Source of the DNA: an uncultured Chloroflexia bacterium
GTDB taxonomy: Bacteria > Chloroflexota > Limnocylindria > Limnocylindrales > CSP1-4
Reading direction: 5' to 3'
DNA length: 64,000 nt
Assembly (NCBI GenBank): GCA_963712745.1
Contig: CAVQJC010000020.1
Location: 576,001 to 640,000, forward strand
This document shows positions 8,108 to 19,756 of this stretch, one piece after another (the first letter of the stretch is position 1; the number at the start of each line of letters is the position of its first letter). The position numbers were made by a program, and so were the translations under genes. The notes beneath the pieces are model-generated. The model did not search any database. It was not told the DNA's origin and saw nothing but the letters and a program-made list of their open reading frames with translations.

Positions 8108-10849
8108 GTGTCGATGTCCTGCTTCCGCGGGCCGAAGCGCGCCGTGCTCACTGCGCTAGGCCTATCTCTGCTGCTGCTCACCGGGGGTCTGGCGCTCGCG
8201 CCCGGACGGACGGCCCTCGCGGCCGACCCATGGGCGGGCGGCCCGCCCTCCGGAGCCCTGACCGTCGAGATCGATCCGGTGACGGGTGAGTCCGCGGCGA
8301 CCGCCGGCGCTCCCGGCACGTCTGCGTACGAGGATGCCTGCACCAGCGGTTTCTCTGACGTCGACAGCAAGGTCGACATGTCCCTGCACGGGGTCGCGCT
8401 CATGGGTCGCGGTGCGATCGCCGTCGGCTACATGCGAAGTCGCGACAACGACGAATCCGGGCGGCGCGAAATCGCCACCATCGTCAATCACGGGAGCCAG
8501 TGGGACCGCCTGCCGCCGCTCAGCCCCGGCGACGAGGACGGCCTCATGGCCGTAGCCTCACGCGACGGTGCGGCCACCTGGGCCGTGGGCTTCACCATCA
8601 AGCGGAGCCGCCTGATGCCGCAGGCGATGCGCTGGAACGGTCGCTCCTGGAAGTCCGACCGGCCCCGCATCGGCGGCAACCTGCCAGCCATGCTCACCGA
8701 CGTGACCATCGTCGGCGGCGCCAGCCCGCTGGCCGTTGGCTACCGCCTTGTTGCGGGCGGCAAGCGCAAGCCGCTGGTCGTGCGCAAGGACGGCAAGCGC
8801 TGGATCACGCTGCCCATCAAGACCGGCAGGAACGAGTCGATCAGCCTCAATGCGGTGGCCATCGACCGGCGCGGCGGCACCTGGGTCGTGGGCCACGGCG
8901 GCAACGGCGCGGAGGTCAAGCCGGTCGTGTACCGGCGCGGCGGCGGGGGCTGGACGCGTTTCCCCATGCCCGAACTGGATGGTGAGGCCGTCCTCACCGA
9001 TGTCGTGGCCGTTGACCGCAAGGACAGCTGGGCCGTCGGCTACCACCGCCACGATGGTCGCTCGGAAGCGCTCGTGCTGCGCTTCGACGGCAAGCGCTGG
9101 CACAAGGTCGATGCGCCCGGGTGGGCCTCCAACGAGGTCCTGCTCTCTGCCGTCTCGGCCGACCCGGCCGGTGGCGTGTGGGCCGTGGGCGCGGCCTGGG
9201 ACGACGAGTACAAGAGCCACGAGGCCGTCGCCGCCTGGTGGGACGGCCGCGCCTGGAACGAGGTGGCGGGCCGCGCCGGCGGGACCGAGCTGCACGATGT
9301 CGTCGGATCGCTCGACGATGACGGCTGGGCCGTGGGCCGCTCGGGCCAGTCCGCGCGTGCCACGCGTGTGTGCACGCCCCCTCAGGCGGGCGTCTTCGGG
9401 GCTTCGGGGCCGCTGCCCGAGCCGGGCCTGACCGCCTCCATCGCGGGCCTTGGCCCGACAGAGGCAGCCACTCTGGCAGGCGGAGCCGATCCGGCCGAGG
9501 GAGCCACCGCCGAGATCGAGGACACGGACATCGAGCTCGCCAGCACCGCCGACGTGGCCGTGGTCGATGAGCCGGTCGGGACCGAGGAGTCGTCGGCCGG
9601 CGCCGCCAAGAGCAAGCCATCGGGCAAGACCAAGAAGAAGCCGACCCGCAGGGCTGCCCAGGGCAAGGCCAGGGTCGTCCGTGTCAAGACCGGTTCGCTG
9701 CCGCCCGCCCGGCCGGACAAGTCCATCTACGCGGTCGACGTGGCCCGCGGGGTGGGACTGTACGAGGAGACCAGCACCTACGGCGCTGTCGTCGACGACT
9801 TCGACGGCGACGGTACCGACGATCTCTTCATCGGTCGTCACGGCCGTCCCGGCCGGCTCATGCTCGACCGGGACGGTCGCTACGAAGAGCACGAGGCCTT
9901 GAGCCTCGCCTCCTACGACCGCCACGGCTGCACCAGCGCCGATATCGATGGCAGCGGCCTGCCCGACCTCTACTGTGCAGTCGGTGGCAAGCGCGGATCA
10001 GGGCTCAAGGCCAACGAGCTGATCCTCGACCCCGGCAGCGCCGAACCCCGTGAGGTCGCGGTCGAGTTCGGCGTCTCCGACCCCACCGGCCGGGGTCGCG
10101 TGGCCGCCTTCCTCGAGACCAGCGAGGGCCCTGGCACCAGGCTCGTGGTGGCGAACGCACCCGTCCGCGTGGACGGCCTGCCCTCGCTGGGACGCACCTA
10201 CACCGTCCGTGGGGATGGCCAGTTCGTGGCCCGGGCGCGGCCCGGCTTCGAGCCGCGCGTCGGTGGCCTCGCCTCCCAGAGCGCGGACTACGACGGTGAT
10301 GGGCGGGAGGATCTGCTGCTCATCGCCGGCGGCCAGGCTACCGGCAGCCGGGTCCTGACCAAGCTCTACCGCAACACGCCACGCGGGCTGGTCGACGTCA
10401 CCCGCAAGCTCGGCATCCGCCCCTTCAACGAGGTCGACGCCGAGCTGGTCGACGTCAACAAGGACGGCAAGCTCGACCTCGTGCAGCTGTCGGAGACCAA
10501 GCTTCGCATCAGCGTCCTGCGGCGGGGCAGGTTCAAGCAGGTCTACCAGCGCCGCCTGACCAACGGGCGCGCCGTGGCCGGTGGCGATGTCAACGGCGAC
10601 GGTCGCAACGACCTCTACATCGTGCGCACACACTATGACCGCAACTATCCGGACGTCATGCTCGTGAACCGGGGCCAGGGAGGGCGCTGGTCCTCGCTGG
10701 CCATCCCCCAGACCGGACGTGGCGGAGGCGACGACGCCGTGGCCTTCGACCATGATGGCAACGGGCTCGACGACTTCCTCGTGCTCAACGGACGCAACGG
10801 CCGCGGCCCCATCCAGCTCATCGCCTTCTATCCGCGCCAGGCGCGATAG
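8108..10849 (+). CDS. Large secreted protein with N-terminal W-rich propeller-like repeats and C-terminal FG-GAP/VCBS repeats
   Basis: Signal-like N-terminus; repeated WAVG...(W/F)DG..W units; several D-x-D/N-G-D-G-x-x-D motifs. Confidence 0.8.
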   Translation: MSMSCFRGPKRAVLTALGLSLLLLTGGLALAPGRTALAADPWAGGPPSGALTVEIDPVTGESAATAGAPGTSAYEDACTSGFSDVDSKVDMSLHGVALMGRGAIAVGYMRSRDNDESGRREIATIVNHGSQWDRLPPLSPGDEDGLMAVASRDGAATWAVGFTIKRSRLMPQAMRWNGRSWKSDRPRIGGNLPAMLTDVTIVGGASPLAVGYRLVAGGKRKPLVVRKDGKRWITLPIKTGRNESISLNAVAIDRRGGTWVVGHGGNGAEVKPVVYRRGGGGWTRFPMPELDGEAVLTDVVAVDRKDSWAVGYHRHDGRSEALVLRFDGKRWHKVDAPGWASNEVLLSAVSADPAGGVWAVGAAWDDEYKSHEAVAAWWDGRAWNEVAGRAGGTELHDVVGSLDDDGWAVGRSGQSARATRVCTPPQAGVFGASGPLPEPGLTASIAGLGPTEAATLAGGADPAEGATAEIEDTDIELASTADVAVVDEPVGTEESSAGAAKSKPSGKTKKKPTRRAAQGKARVVRVKTGSLPPARPDKSIYAVDVARGVGLYEETSTYGAVVDDFDGDGTDDLFIGRHGRPGRLMLDRDGRYEEHEALSLASYDRHGCTSADIDGSGLPDLYCAVGGKRGSGLKANELILDPGSAEPREVAVEFGVSDPTGRGRVAAFLETSEGPGTRLVVANAPVRVDGLPSLGRTYTVRGDGQFVARARPGFEPRVGGLASQSADYDGDGREDLLLIAGGQATGSRVLTKLYRNTPRGLVDVTRKLGIRPFNEVDAELVDVNKDGKLDLVQLSETKLRISVLRRGRFKQVYQRRLTNGRAVAGGDVNGDGRNDLYIVRTHYDRNYPDVMLVNRGQGGRWSSLAIPQTGRGGGDDAVAFDHDGNGLDDFLVLNGRNGRGPIQLIAFYPRQAR

Positions 10850-11709
10850 GTCTCGCCAGTCTCCCCTGGCTCCCCCGGACTGCCCAGCTTCGGCGGCCGA
10901 CTGTGCCGCCAGACGGCGGTGCCGATGCCGGCCGCGATGAGCGCGGCCCCGATGAGCATGGCCGTGGGCACCCCCAGGACCGTCCAGTTCCAGCCCTCGC
11001 GGAAGAGCTCGAGGACCAGCCGCACGCTGCCGTACCAGACCATCCAGAAGGAGGCCAGGTCGCCGTCGAGCAGCCGGTCGCCGAATCTCCGCGCCACGAC
11101 CAGCGCGATGATGCCACCGGCGATGGTGAGCGCCGACTCGTAGAAGAAGAGGGGGTGGAAGCCGGTGGTCTCGAAGGGATACGCCGAGCACGGGTACTGC
11201 GCGACGCGGTGGGCACACTCGATGGTGATGCCCCAGGGCAGGTCGGTCGGCGGGCCGTAGAGCTCCTGGTTGAAGAAGTTGCCCCAGCGGGCGATGCCCT
11301 GGGCCAGGAGCGTGCCTGGCACGACCACGTCGAGCGCGCGGCCGAGTGGGACGGACTTGCCCCGGACGTAGACCCAGATGCCGATGGCCGCGCCGATGAT
11401 GCCGCCGTACAGGCCCAGCCCGGAGTAGGGCGGCAGGACCACCTTCAACGGATCGCCGGCATAAGTGTCCCATTCACCCGCGACGTGGTAGAGCCGGGCG
11501 CCGACGAGCGCGAAGATGCCCACCACCACGATGGCGTTGGTCACCAGGCCCGGGTCCAGGCCCTTGCGCCGGGCTTCCGACTGGCTGACCAGGAGCATGA
11601 CCGCGATGGCGACGACGTAGCCCAGACCGTAGATGCCGAGGGTCAAGGGGCCGAGCTCGATCCCGGCAGGCGGGACGATCTCGATCAGCGCGAGCAGTTG
11701 GGGCGGCAC
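10828..11709 (-). CDS. lgt: Prolipoprotein diacylglyceryl transferase
   Basis: GARLYHV, GLYGGI, QGIARWGNFFNQELYG and HPLFFYES. Confidence 0.93.
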   Translation of the reverse strand: MPPQLLALIEIVPPAGIELGPLTLGIYGLGYVVAIAVMLLVSQSEARRKGLDPGLVTNAIVVVGIFALVGARLYHVAGEWDTYAGDPLKVVLPPYSGLGLYGGIIGAAIGIWVYVRGKSVPLGRALDVVVPGTLLAQGIARWGNFFNQELYGPPTDLPWGITIECAHRVAQYPCSAYPFETTGFHPLFFYESALTIAGGIIALVVARRFGDRLLDGDLASFWMVWYGSVRLVLELFREGWNWTVLGVPTAMLIGAALIAAGIGTAVWRHSRPPKLGSPGEPGETGETYRAWRG

Positions 11710-11773
11710 CGCGAGAGGATAGCCGAGCGCTGCCTGGGCCCACTGTGCGGGCGCTCACGATATGCTCGCGCGC

Positions 11774-12184
11774 ATGATCGAAAGCTGGGCCATGTGGCTG
11801 TTACTGGTGGGGCTGGCCATCGGCGCGACCGCGACGGGCGTGCTGCTCGTCCGCCTGCCGCGGGCCAAGGACGACATCGGGGCCGACGAACGCCGGATAG
11901 AGGCGTCGTGGATCGCACAGACCATCGAGCAGCACGGCGGCGTGGCGCCACCCTCCCTCGTGGAAGAGGTGCTCGAGCTGGATGCGGCGTACCGGCAGCT
12001 GCAGCGGCCACCGCTACCGCCAGGGGCTGAACCGCCAGCTCCCTTGGCCGTTGCGCCACCACCCGGCTACGCGCCCCCACCTGGCTACGCGCCCCCACCT
12101 GGCTACGCGCCCCCACCGGGCTACTCGCCGCCGCCTCCGCCTCCGCCGGGCTACCCGCCGCCACCTCCGCCGGCGGGGCGCTAG
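11774..12184 (+). CDS. Small single-TM hypothetical protein with a (PPPGYA)n tail
   Basis: N-terminal hydrophobic helix; 18-bp coding repeats at about 12050-12170; TATGCT-7nt-ATG. Confidence 0.7.
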   Translation: MIESWAMWLLLVGLAIGATATGVLLVRLPRAKDDIGADERRIEASWIAQTIEQHGGVAPPSLVEEVLELDAAYRQLQRPPLPPGAEPPAPLAVAPPPGYAPPPGYAPPPGYAPPPGYSPPPPPPPGYPPPPPPAGR

Positions 12185-12214
12185 CCGAACGGCATCCGCA
12201 GCCGGCGGCCCCGC

Positions 12215-12553
12215 CTATCCCGACCGGTCCTCGCCCGCGCCCCAGCCGGCGACACGGCGGGGCTCGCCCGCGAGCGAGCCGGGCGGCAGATGAGCCTCCA
12301 GGCAGATGACCCCGGTCGGGCCCACGTCCGCACCGTGGAGCGTTCCCGCAGGCAGATCGAGCCGGTCGGCGGTGTCGAGCAGGACGTCCCGGCCGAGCTG
12401 GGGCAGGTGGAAGGTGATGGAACCGGCGGCAGCCACCAGCACCTTGTCGTAGGGGTGGCGATGCTGGCCGTAGTGGTCGAAGGGTCCGTTGCCCCAGGAA
12501 GAAGCGTCGAGCCCCTCCCCCTTCAGACGAGCGCGCAGGTCGGCCTCGCTCAC
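12215..12553 (-). CDS. Cupin-domain protein
   Basis: HRHPYDKVL...GSI and LDLPAGTLHGA motifs; GTGA overlap with the upstream gene. Confidence 0.8.
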   Translation of the reverse strand: MSEADLRARLKGEGLDASSWGNGPFDHYGQHRHPYDKVLVAAAGSITFHLPQLGRDVLLDTADRLDLPAGTLHGADVGPTGVICLEAHLPPGSLAGEPRRVAGWGAGEDRSG

Positions 12554-13722
12554 CCGACCACCGAAACGCCGATGATGCTGCCCACGACGTACGTCACCAG
12601 GGCCGCGGCGCCGCCGATGGCGACCTGGCGGATCCCGCTGAAGAGCAGGCCCCGCCCGGTCAGCAGGCTCACCAGCGCCCCCACGATGAACAGCGCGGTC
12701 AGCGCCAGGACCGTCGAGATGAGGATGGCCGCGAGCCCGTCGGTCAGGAGGAACGGTGCCAGAGGGATCAGCGCGCCCAGCGCGAATGCGGCGAACGAGT
12801 AGGACGCAGCACCCCAGGGCGAACCCAGCTCATCGGGATCGAGGCCCAGCTCCTCGCGGATCTTGGTGTCGAGCGCGTGCTCGGGATCCTGCATCAGGCG
12901 GGCTGCGACCATGTCGGCCTCGTCTTCCGACAGGCCCTTCGAGCGGTAGAGGGCGGACAGCTCCTCCTGCTCCTTCTCGGGCATGAAGCGGAGCTCCTCG
13001 CGCTCCAGCTCGATCTGGCGCTCGAAGAGCTCCTTCTGGCTCTGCATGCTGATGTACTCGCCGGCGGCCATGCTGAAGGCACCCGCCAGCAGTCCGGCGA
13101 TGCCGGCCAGCACGATCATGCTGTTGTCAGTGGCAGCTCCGGCGAAGCCCATGACCAGCGCAAGGTTGCTGACGAGGCCGTCGTTGATACCGAAGACCGC
13201 GGCACGCAGCGTTCCGCTCTGGCCGGCGGCGCGGTGCCACGACTCGTCACGGATGGCGATCTCGGCCGCGGCCGCGGCTTCGGGGCTGCCGGGCTCGACG
13301 CCGGGCATGCCCATGTCGAGGCGCTTCCAGATGGCGGCGTGCTCGCGCTCATCGGCGGCGATGGCCTGCATCTCGAGTCCCTCGAGGCCCTCGTACAGCT
13401 CCAGCTCGTCGCCCTCGAGCGCCTTGACCATGCCCGACACGGACTTGGTGCCGAAGACACGGGCACAGGCCAGCACCGCCCGCACCCGCCAGCGCGGCGG
13501 CTCCATGGGCGGGACCTCAGCGCCGCGATTCTCGATGCGCGAGGCCCAGACGAACGCGTGCCGCCGCTCGTTGCTGCCGATGGCATGGAAGGCATCGGCG
13601 CGGATGGGGTCCTTCTCGAGCTCCGCCAGCCCGTCGTACAGCTGCACAGCGTCGCGCTCGAGCTTGAGGTTGTGGAGGCAGCGCTGAAGATCGGCCGGAT
13701 CGGTCGACTGGGTCGTGGTCAC
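12550..13722 (-). CDS. VIT1/CCC1 iron/manganese transporter with an N-terminal rubrerythrin/ferritin-like domain
   Basis: ExxH motifs (ERRH, EREH) followed by LRAAVFGINDGLVSN and AFSMAAGEYIS. Confidence 0.9.
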   Translation of the reverse strand: MTTTQSTDPADLQRCLHNLKLERDAVQLYDGLAELEKDPIRADAFHAIGSNERRHAFVWASRIENRGAEVPPMEPPRWRVRAVLACARVFGTKSVSGMVKALEGDELELYEGLEGLEMQAIAADEREHAAIWKRLDMGMPGVEPGSPEAAAAAEIAIRDESWHRAAGQSGTLRAAVFGINDGLVSNLALVMGFAGAATDNSMIVLAGIAGLLAGAFSMAAGEYISMQSQKELFERQIELEREELRFMPEKEQEELSALYRSKGLSEDEADMVAARLMQDPEHALDTKIREELGLDPDELGSPWGAASYSFAAFALGALIPLAPFLLTDGLAAILISTVLALTALFIVGALVSLLTGRGLLFSGIRQVAIGGAAALVTYVVGSIIGVSVVG

Positions 13723-13763
13723 CCCTCCATCGTATCGGTCCGGGGCGGCCCTAGACTTGGCCG

Positions 13764-14753
13764 ATGGACATCCCTCCCCTGCGCTACCTCTCGGCGGCCG
13801 ACGTGCTCGCCGCCATGCCGGCCATCGACGAGCGCCTGCAGCTTGCGGCCACGACCATGCTCGCGCTTGCGGCTGACGCCCAACTGCCGCCCAAGATCGG
13901 GGTCGACCCCGCGCCGGCCGACTCCTTCGCGCACGCCATGCCGGCCTGGGCGCGCGGCGAAGCCGCTGACGGGTCGGCCGACCTGCTGGGCATGAAGTGG
14001 GTGGTGGGCTTCCCGGAGAACGCCCGACGCGGTCTACCTGCCATCTCCGCCTCCACCATCGTGAGCGATGCGCTGACGGGCCTGCCGCGCGGCATCCTCG
14101 ACGCCGGCGCCATCACCGCCTATCGCACCGCAGCCGTGAGCGGCCTGGCCATCCGCCACTGGGGTCCCGCGCCAGACGGTCCGGTCGCCATCATCGGGGC
14201 TGGCGTGCAGGCCCGCAGCCACCTGCCGGTCGTGGCTCACCTTCGCCCCGGTACCGACATCGTCCTCTGCGACCGTGACCCGGGCCGCCTGGCACTGCTG
14301 GCCGAGGAGGTGGACGCCGGCGACCACGGCCGGCTGGGGAAGGTCCGCACCGTGGCCGAACCGGCGCTGGCCGTGGCGAACGCGCCGCTGGTCCTGACGC
14401 TGGTGTCGTTCGGCCCCGACCGTCAGTCGATCCCAGAGGCGGCGTTCGCGCCCGGTGCCACGGTCGTGGCCGTGGACTACGACATGTGCGTGCCGGCCTC
14501 GCTGGCCTCGGATGCCGCACTCTTCCTCACCGACGACCGGGGCCAGTACCTGGCCAATCGCACCGAGACGCGATTCGTGGGCTACCGCGAGCCGGACGCC
14601 ACCATCGGCGAAGCCATCGTGGCCGCCACTCCGCGGCCCCGGGGCCGGGTCCTCGTCTCGCACCTGGGCGTGGGCCTGGCCGACGTCGTCTTCGGCGAGG
14701 CCATCCTGCGCGCTGCCGAGCGCCAGGGCATCGGGACCATCCTCGAACGCTGA
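13764..14753 (+). CDS. Ornithine cyclodeaminase / mu-crystallin family protein
   Basis: GMKWV, ITAYRTAAVS, IIGAGVQARSH and HLGVGLADV. Confidence 0.88.
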   Translation: MDIPPLRYLSAADVLAAMPAIDERLQLAATTMLALAADAQLPPKIGVDPAPADSFAHAMPAWARGEAADGSADLLGMKWVVGFPENARRGLPAISASTIVSDALTGLPRGILDAGAITAYRTAAVSGLAIRHWGPAPDGPVAIIGAGVQARSHLPVVAHLRPGTDIVLCDRDPGRLALLAEEVDAGDHGRLGKVRTVAEPALAVANAPLVLTLVSFGPDRQSIPEAAFAPGATVVAVDYDMCVPASLASDAALFLTDDRGQYLANRTETRFVGYREPDATIGEAIVAATPRPRGRVLVSHLGVGLADVVFGEAILRAAERQGIGTILER

Positions 14754-14770
14754 GGGAACGGCGCGGTGGA

Positions 14771-15475
14771 CTACGCCGGAGCCGGACCTCCGGGACCACC
14801 GGGCCCAGGACCGCCGATGCCCGGGTTGCGATAGGCCCCGGGGTCGATGATGTGGTCATCAGGCGTGAGCAGGCGCACTTGCACGACCATGCCGGCAAGC
14901 GACAGCATCACGATGGCCAAGGCACCCAGCAAGCCAAGCTCCTCGCCGCTGAAGATGCCCACGATGCCGTCGCGGAGCTGCGAGTACTCGCTGACACCGA
15001 GCGCCAGGGCCAGTCCGGCCACCGTCGAGGCTGCACCCGCGATGGCCGTGCCGACGATGGCCAGCACCGTGGGCATGCGCAGCAGCAGGAAGGCCACACC
15101 CAAGGCCAGCCCGGCCACGAACCCGAGCGTCATGGTGAGCACGCCCGACTCGCTCAAGCCGATCCAGGCCAGCACGCCGACCGTCAGCTGATAGCCGAGG
15201 ACGCCGCCGAAGATGCCCACGGCCAGCCAGTAGTAGAAGTACGAGAGCACCGCGAAGACCAGCCCCAGCAGGAACCCGCCGGCCCAGCCCAGGACGGTAC
15301 CGAGGAAGGCGTCGCCAAAGATGTGCTCCACGAAGTTGGCCCCGAGCAGGAAGCCACCCAGGAACCCCAGCACCGGCAGCAGGAAGAGGAAGAGGCGAAA
15401 GCCACGCAAGACGAGCGCCAGGCCGATGGCGATGCCGATGACGCCGAGCATGAGGCCGGTGGGGTTCGGGTCCAT
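14771..15475 (-). CDS. DUF4203 (TMEM198/TM7SF3-like) membrane protein
   Basis: GFRLFLFLLPVLGFLGGF and IVGTAIAGA; about 7 TM segments; paralogous to 15968..16714. Confidence 0.75.
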   Translation of the reverse strand: MDPNPTGLMLGVIGIAIGLALVLRGFRLFLFLLPVLGFLGGFLLGANFVEHIFGDAFLGTVLGWAGGFLLGLVFAVLSYFYYWLAVGIFGGVLGYQLTVGVLAWIGLSESGVLTMTLGFVAGLALGVAFLLLRMPTVLAIVGTAIAGAASTVAGLALALGVSEYSQLRDGIVGIFSGEELGLLGALAIVMLSLAGMVVQVRLLTPDDHIIDPGAYRNPGIGGPGPGGPGGPAPA

Positions 15476-15520
15476 ATCACCTACTTGTCGAACAGGGACG
15501 CCGCGCGTCGAAGGAAAGGG

Positions 15521-15880
15521 CTACTCGTTGATGGGGATGTCGCCCTCGGGCAGCTCGATCACGATGTCGGCGCCTTCCTCGCTCACCGGGTACGTCACCA
15601 GTGGCAGATCCGCCGGCGGGTCCAGCGACTCGCCGTCAGAGAGGTCAAAGCGAGACAGGTGCAGGGCGCAGGTCACCGAGCCGGCGCTGAGGAAACCCTT
15701 GTCGAGCTCGAAGTACTCGTGCGAGCAGGTGCCCTGTAGAGCATGAAGGCCTTCCTGGCGGACGAGGAGGATGAGGGTGCCGTCGACCTCGACCATCTGC
15801 ATGGTGCCTTCCTCGAGGTCGGCGGACTTGGCCGCCTTGACGCGGCGGACGGGGCGCATCTCCGATTCCATGAGGGCCAA
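15521..15880 (-). CDS. Rieske [2Fe-2S] ferredoxin
   Basis: C-S-H...C-A-L-H ligand motif followed by RFDL. Confidence 0.9.
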   Translation of the reverse strand: MALMESEMRPVRRVKAAKSADLEEGTMQMVEVDGTLILLVRQEGLHALQGTCSHEYFELDKGFLSAGSVTCALHLSRFDLSDGESLDPPADLPLVTYPVSEEGADIVIELPEGDIPINE

Positions 15881-15967
15881 TGGTAGCCGCGCATACGAAG
15901 ATCGGCCGGCACTCGCGGTGCCGGCCGATCCGATGAGCGGCTCAGGGCCGGTCTCATCCCGTGATGG

Positions 15968-16714
15968 CTAGGCGGGCGAACTACCCCGGGGGCCGGCCAT
16001 CTCCTCGTCGAGGCCAGGGTTCATGTAGGAGTCGGCCGTGATAGCCGCCGACATGTCCGCGATGGTCCTGGTCTGGTAGATCGCTCCAGCGAAGGCCAGG
16101 GCGATGCCGATGATGATCCAGATCCAACCGAGCTCGACGTTCACGAGTTCTCCGGTGTCAGGGTGCACGTACTTGCCGAGGCCACCGAGAAGGCCGGTGT
16201 CAAGCGCAGAGACCGGCACCAACCCGAGTCCTACGACGATCCCGGCGATCGTTGCCATCGCTCCCGAGATCGCAGTCGCCACGATGACCAGCACCGCGGG
16301 CATCCGCAGCAGGAAGAAGCCCACCGCGAAGAGAGCGCCTCCGGCGAGTGCGAGGATGAATGCGAAGAGGCCGGTAGCCTCGAAGCCGATCCACTGGAGC
16401 AGCCCGATCGTCAACTGATAGCCAAGCGCGCCTCCAAGCAGGATGACAGCCACCCAGTAGTACAGGTACGAGAGCACGGCGAAGAGCAAGCCCAGCAGGA
16501 AGCCGACCACCCAGCTCAACACCGTGGATAGGAATGCATCTCCGAAGATGGCCTGGACGCCGTTCGCCCCGAGGATGAACCCGGCAAAGAACCCCCAGAT
16601 CGGCAGCAGGATCAGGAAGACCCTGAAGCCCCAGAAGGAGAATGCGAGGCCGATGGCGATCGCCAGCAGGCCCACCAAGAGGCTCTCCCATGAGAAGAAC
16701 TCGAACAGTTCCAT
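15968..16714 (-). CDS. DUF4203 (TMEM198/TM7SF3-like) membrane protein
   Basis: GFRVFLILLPIWGFFAGF and IVATAISGA; ATG at 16714 with a GGGAGAG RBS. Confidence 0.78.
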   Translation of the reverse strand: MELFEFFSWESLLVGLLAIAIGLAFSFWGFRVFLILLPIWGFFAGFILGANGVQAIFGDAFLSTVLSWVVGFLLGLLFAVLSYLYYWVAVILLGGALGYQLTIGLLQWIGFEATGLFAFILALAGGALFAVGFFLLRMPAVLVIVATAISGAMATIAGIVVGLGLVPVSALDTGLLGGLGKYVHPDTGELVNVELGWIWIIIGIALAFAGAIYQTRTIADMSAAITADSYMNPGLDEEMAGPRGSSPA

Positions 16715-16845
16715 GTCGTCTCTCCCACTCCTGACACTTGCTATAGCCGGGGCACGTGATGAATAGCCTAGCGCGCGATCGCACGCTGGGAAACACACAT
16801 CTGCGCCGTACCGCACGTCCGACGCGGCCCGCCATCAGGGTCGGC

Positions 16846-18194
16846 TCAGGCGACGGCCTCCCGGGTCGTGTCTTTCGGCCACTTCCGCTCGAGCAGGCCA
16901 CGCAGGCGCTCCTGCGCCTCGGGCAGCGGGATGCGGGCCACGACCGGCTCCAGGAAGCCGAGCACGATGGCCTTGCGCGCATCGTCGCGCGAGAGGCCGC
17001 GGCTCATGAGGTAGAACACCTGGTTCTCGTCGATGGGGCCGACCGACGAGCTGTGCATCGCGCGACGGCAGTCGGGCTGGTCGATCTCCAGCGACGGGAT
17101 CGTGACCGACCGCGCCGAGCGCTCCAGCAGCATGCTGAACTCGCCCAGGAAGCTGTCTGTGCCACGCCCGCTGTGGGGGATGTCGATGAGGCCCTTGATG
17201 TAGCCGCGAGCCTTGCCCGTGAAGACGCCCTTGCTCAGCAGGTCGCTGGTGGTGTCCTCGCCGAGGTGGCGCGTGTAGGAGGTCAGGTCGAAGAGCTGAC
17301 GACCGTCACCAAAGCCGATCTCCACCTGGGAGACCGACGAGCCGCGGCCCTCGAGCAGGTTCTCGATGCGGCTGCGATGGAGGCGGCTGCCCACGCTGGC
17401 GATGGCCCAGTTGATGGTGGCGTCGCGGCCCACGCGCGACTGGCGTGAGACGAAGGCGGCCGTGGCCGGCCCAAAGTCCTGCTCGCCGCCGAAGTCGAGC
17501 GTGGCACCGGCGTCGAGGGTGATCTCGGTGGTGCCCCACCAGATGGAGTCGGCGCGAGCGCCCGGCTCGCGCGCAGCCTCCGACGAAGCCACCTGCTCCT
17601 CGAAGATCGAGGCATGCGCGTTCTTGCCGAGGGAGATGACCGTGCGGCTCACGAGCCCGAAGCCCGGAGCACCGGCCGACCAGCGCAGCACGATGGGTGC
17701 CTCCAGGTCGACGCCGGCCGGCACGTGGATGAACAGGCCCAGCGAGTTGAAGGCCCGGGCGACCTGGCCGAAGGCGTCGTCGTGGGGGAGCGAGCCGCCG
17801 CCCTCGATGAGTTCGCGCACCAGCTCCGGCCTGTCGCGCGCGACCTCGGCCAGCGAGCTGATGATCACGCCCTTGTCGCGAGCCTCTGCCGAGAGTGCGC
17901 AGCCGATGACCGCGCGCTCGTCCACGTGGACCAGGGCGGCTGCCCCGTGGGGCAGCTCGGCGTCGGCGAGACAGTCGGCTGCAGGTGTCGGCGGGTAGGG
18001 CTCGACCGCGGTGAAGTCGACCGCGCGCAGGTCGACGTACAGAGTGAACAGCTCGTTCGGCTCGACCGGCAGCTCGGCGACGCGCTCGAGGGCGGCCAGT
18101 CGGTCAGCCGTCAGCCACTCGGGCTCACCGAGCGCGCGCGACGTGCCGCGGACGTGGGCCGCGGTGGCCCAGGACAGGTTCAGTGGGGCGACAC

Positions 18195-18198
<4 letters not shown>
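16846..18198 (-). CDS. sufD: Fe-S cluster assembly protein SufD
   Basis: TSDLLSKGV, IPSLEI, HSSSVGPIDENQVFYLMSRG; GTGA overlap with sufB. Confidence 0.9.
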
Positions 18199-19595
<1,397 letters not shown>

Positions 19596-19720
19596 GTGGC
19601 CTCCTGGAGGCATCGGAGTCGGGTTTGCCGACCGCCGTGGCGGGCGCTTGGGGGTCCGCTCGGGCGGTCCGCCGGGGCCGACCGAAGCGGTTCGATGATC
19701 GCGATCGGCCTGACCGTCGC

Positions 19721-19747
19721 TAATCCTGACCTATTCTATCGGAATTA
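19721..19747. promoter_or_regulatory. Imperfect AT-rich palindrome upstream of sufB; candidate Rrf2/IscR-type operator
   Basis: TAATCCTGACCTATTCTATCGGAATTA compared with its reverse complement TAATTCCGATAGAATAGGTCAGGATTA. Confidence 0.55.
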
Positions 19748-19756
19748 ACCCCGATC

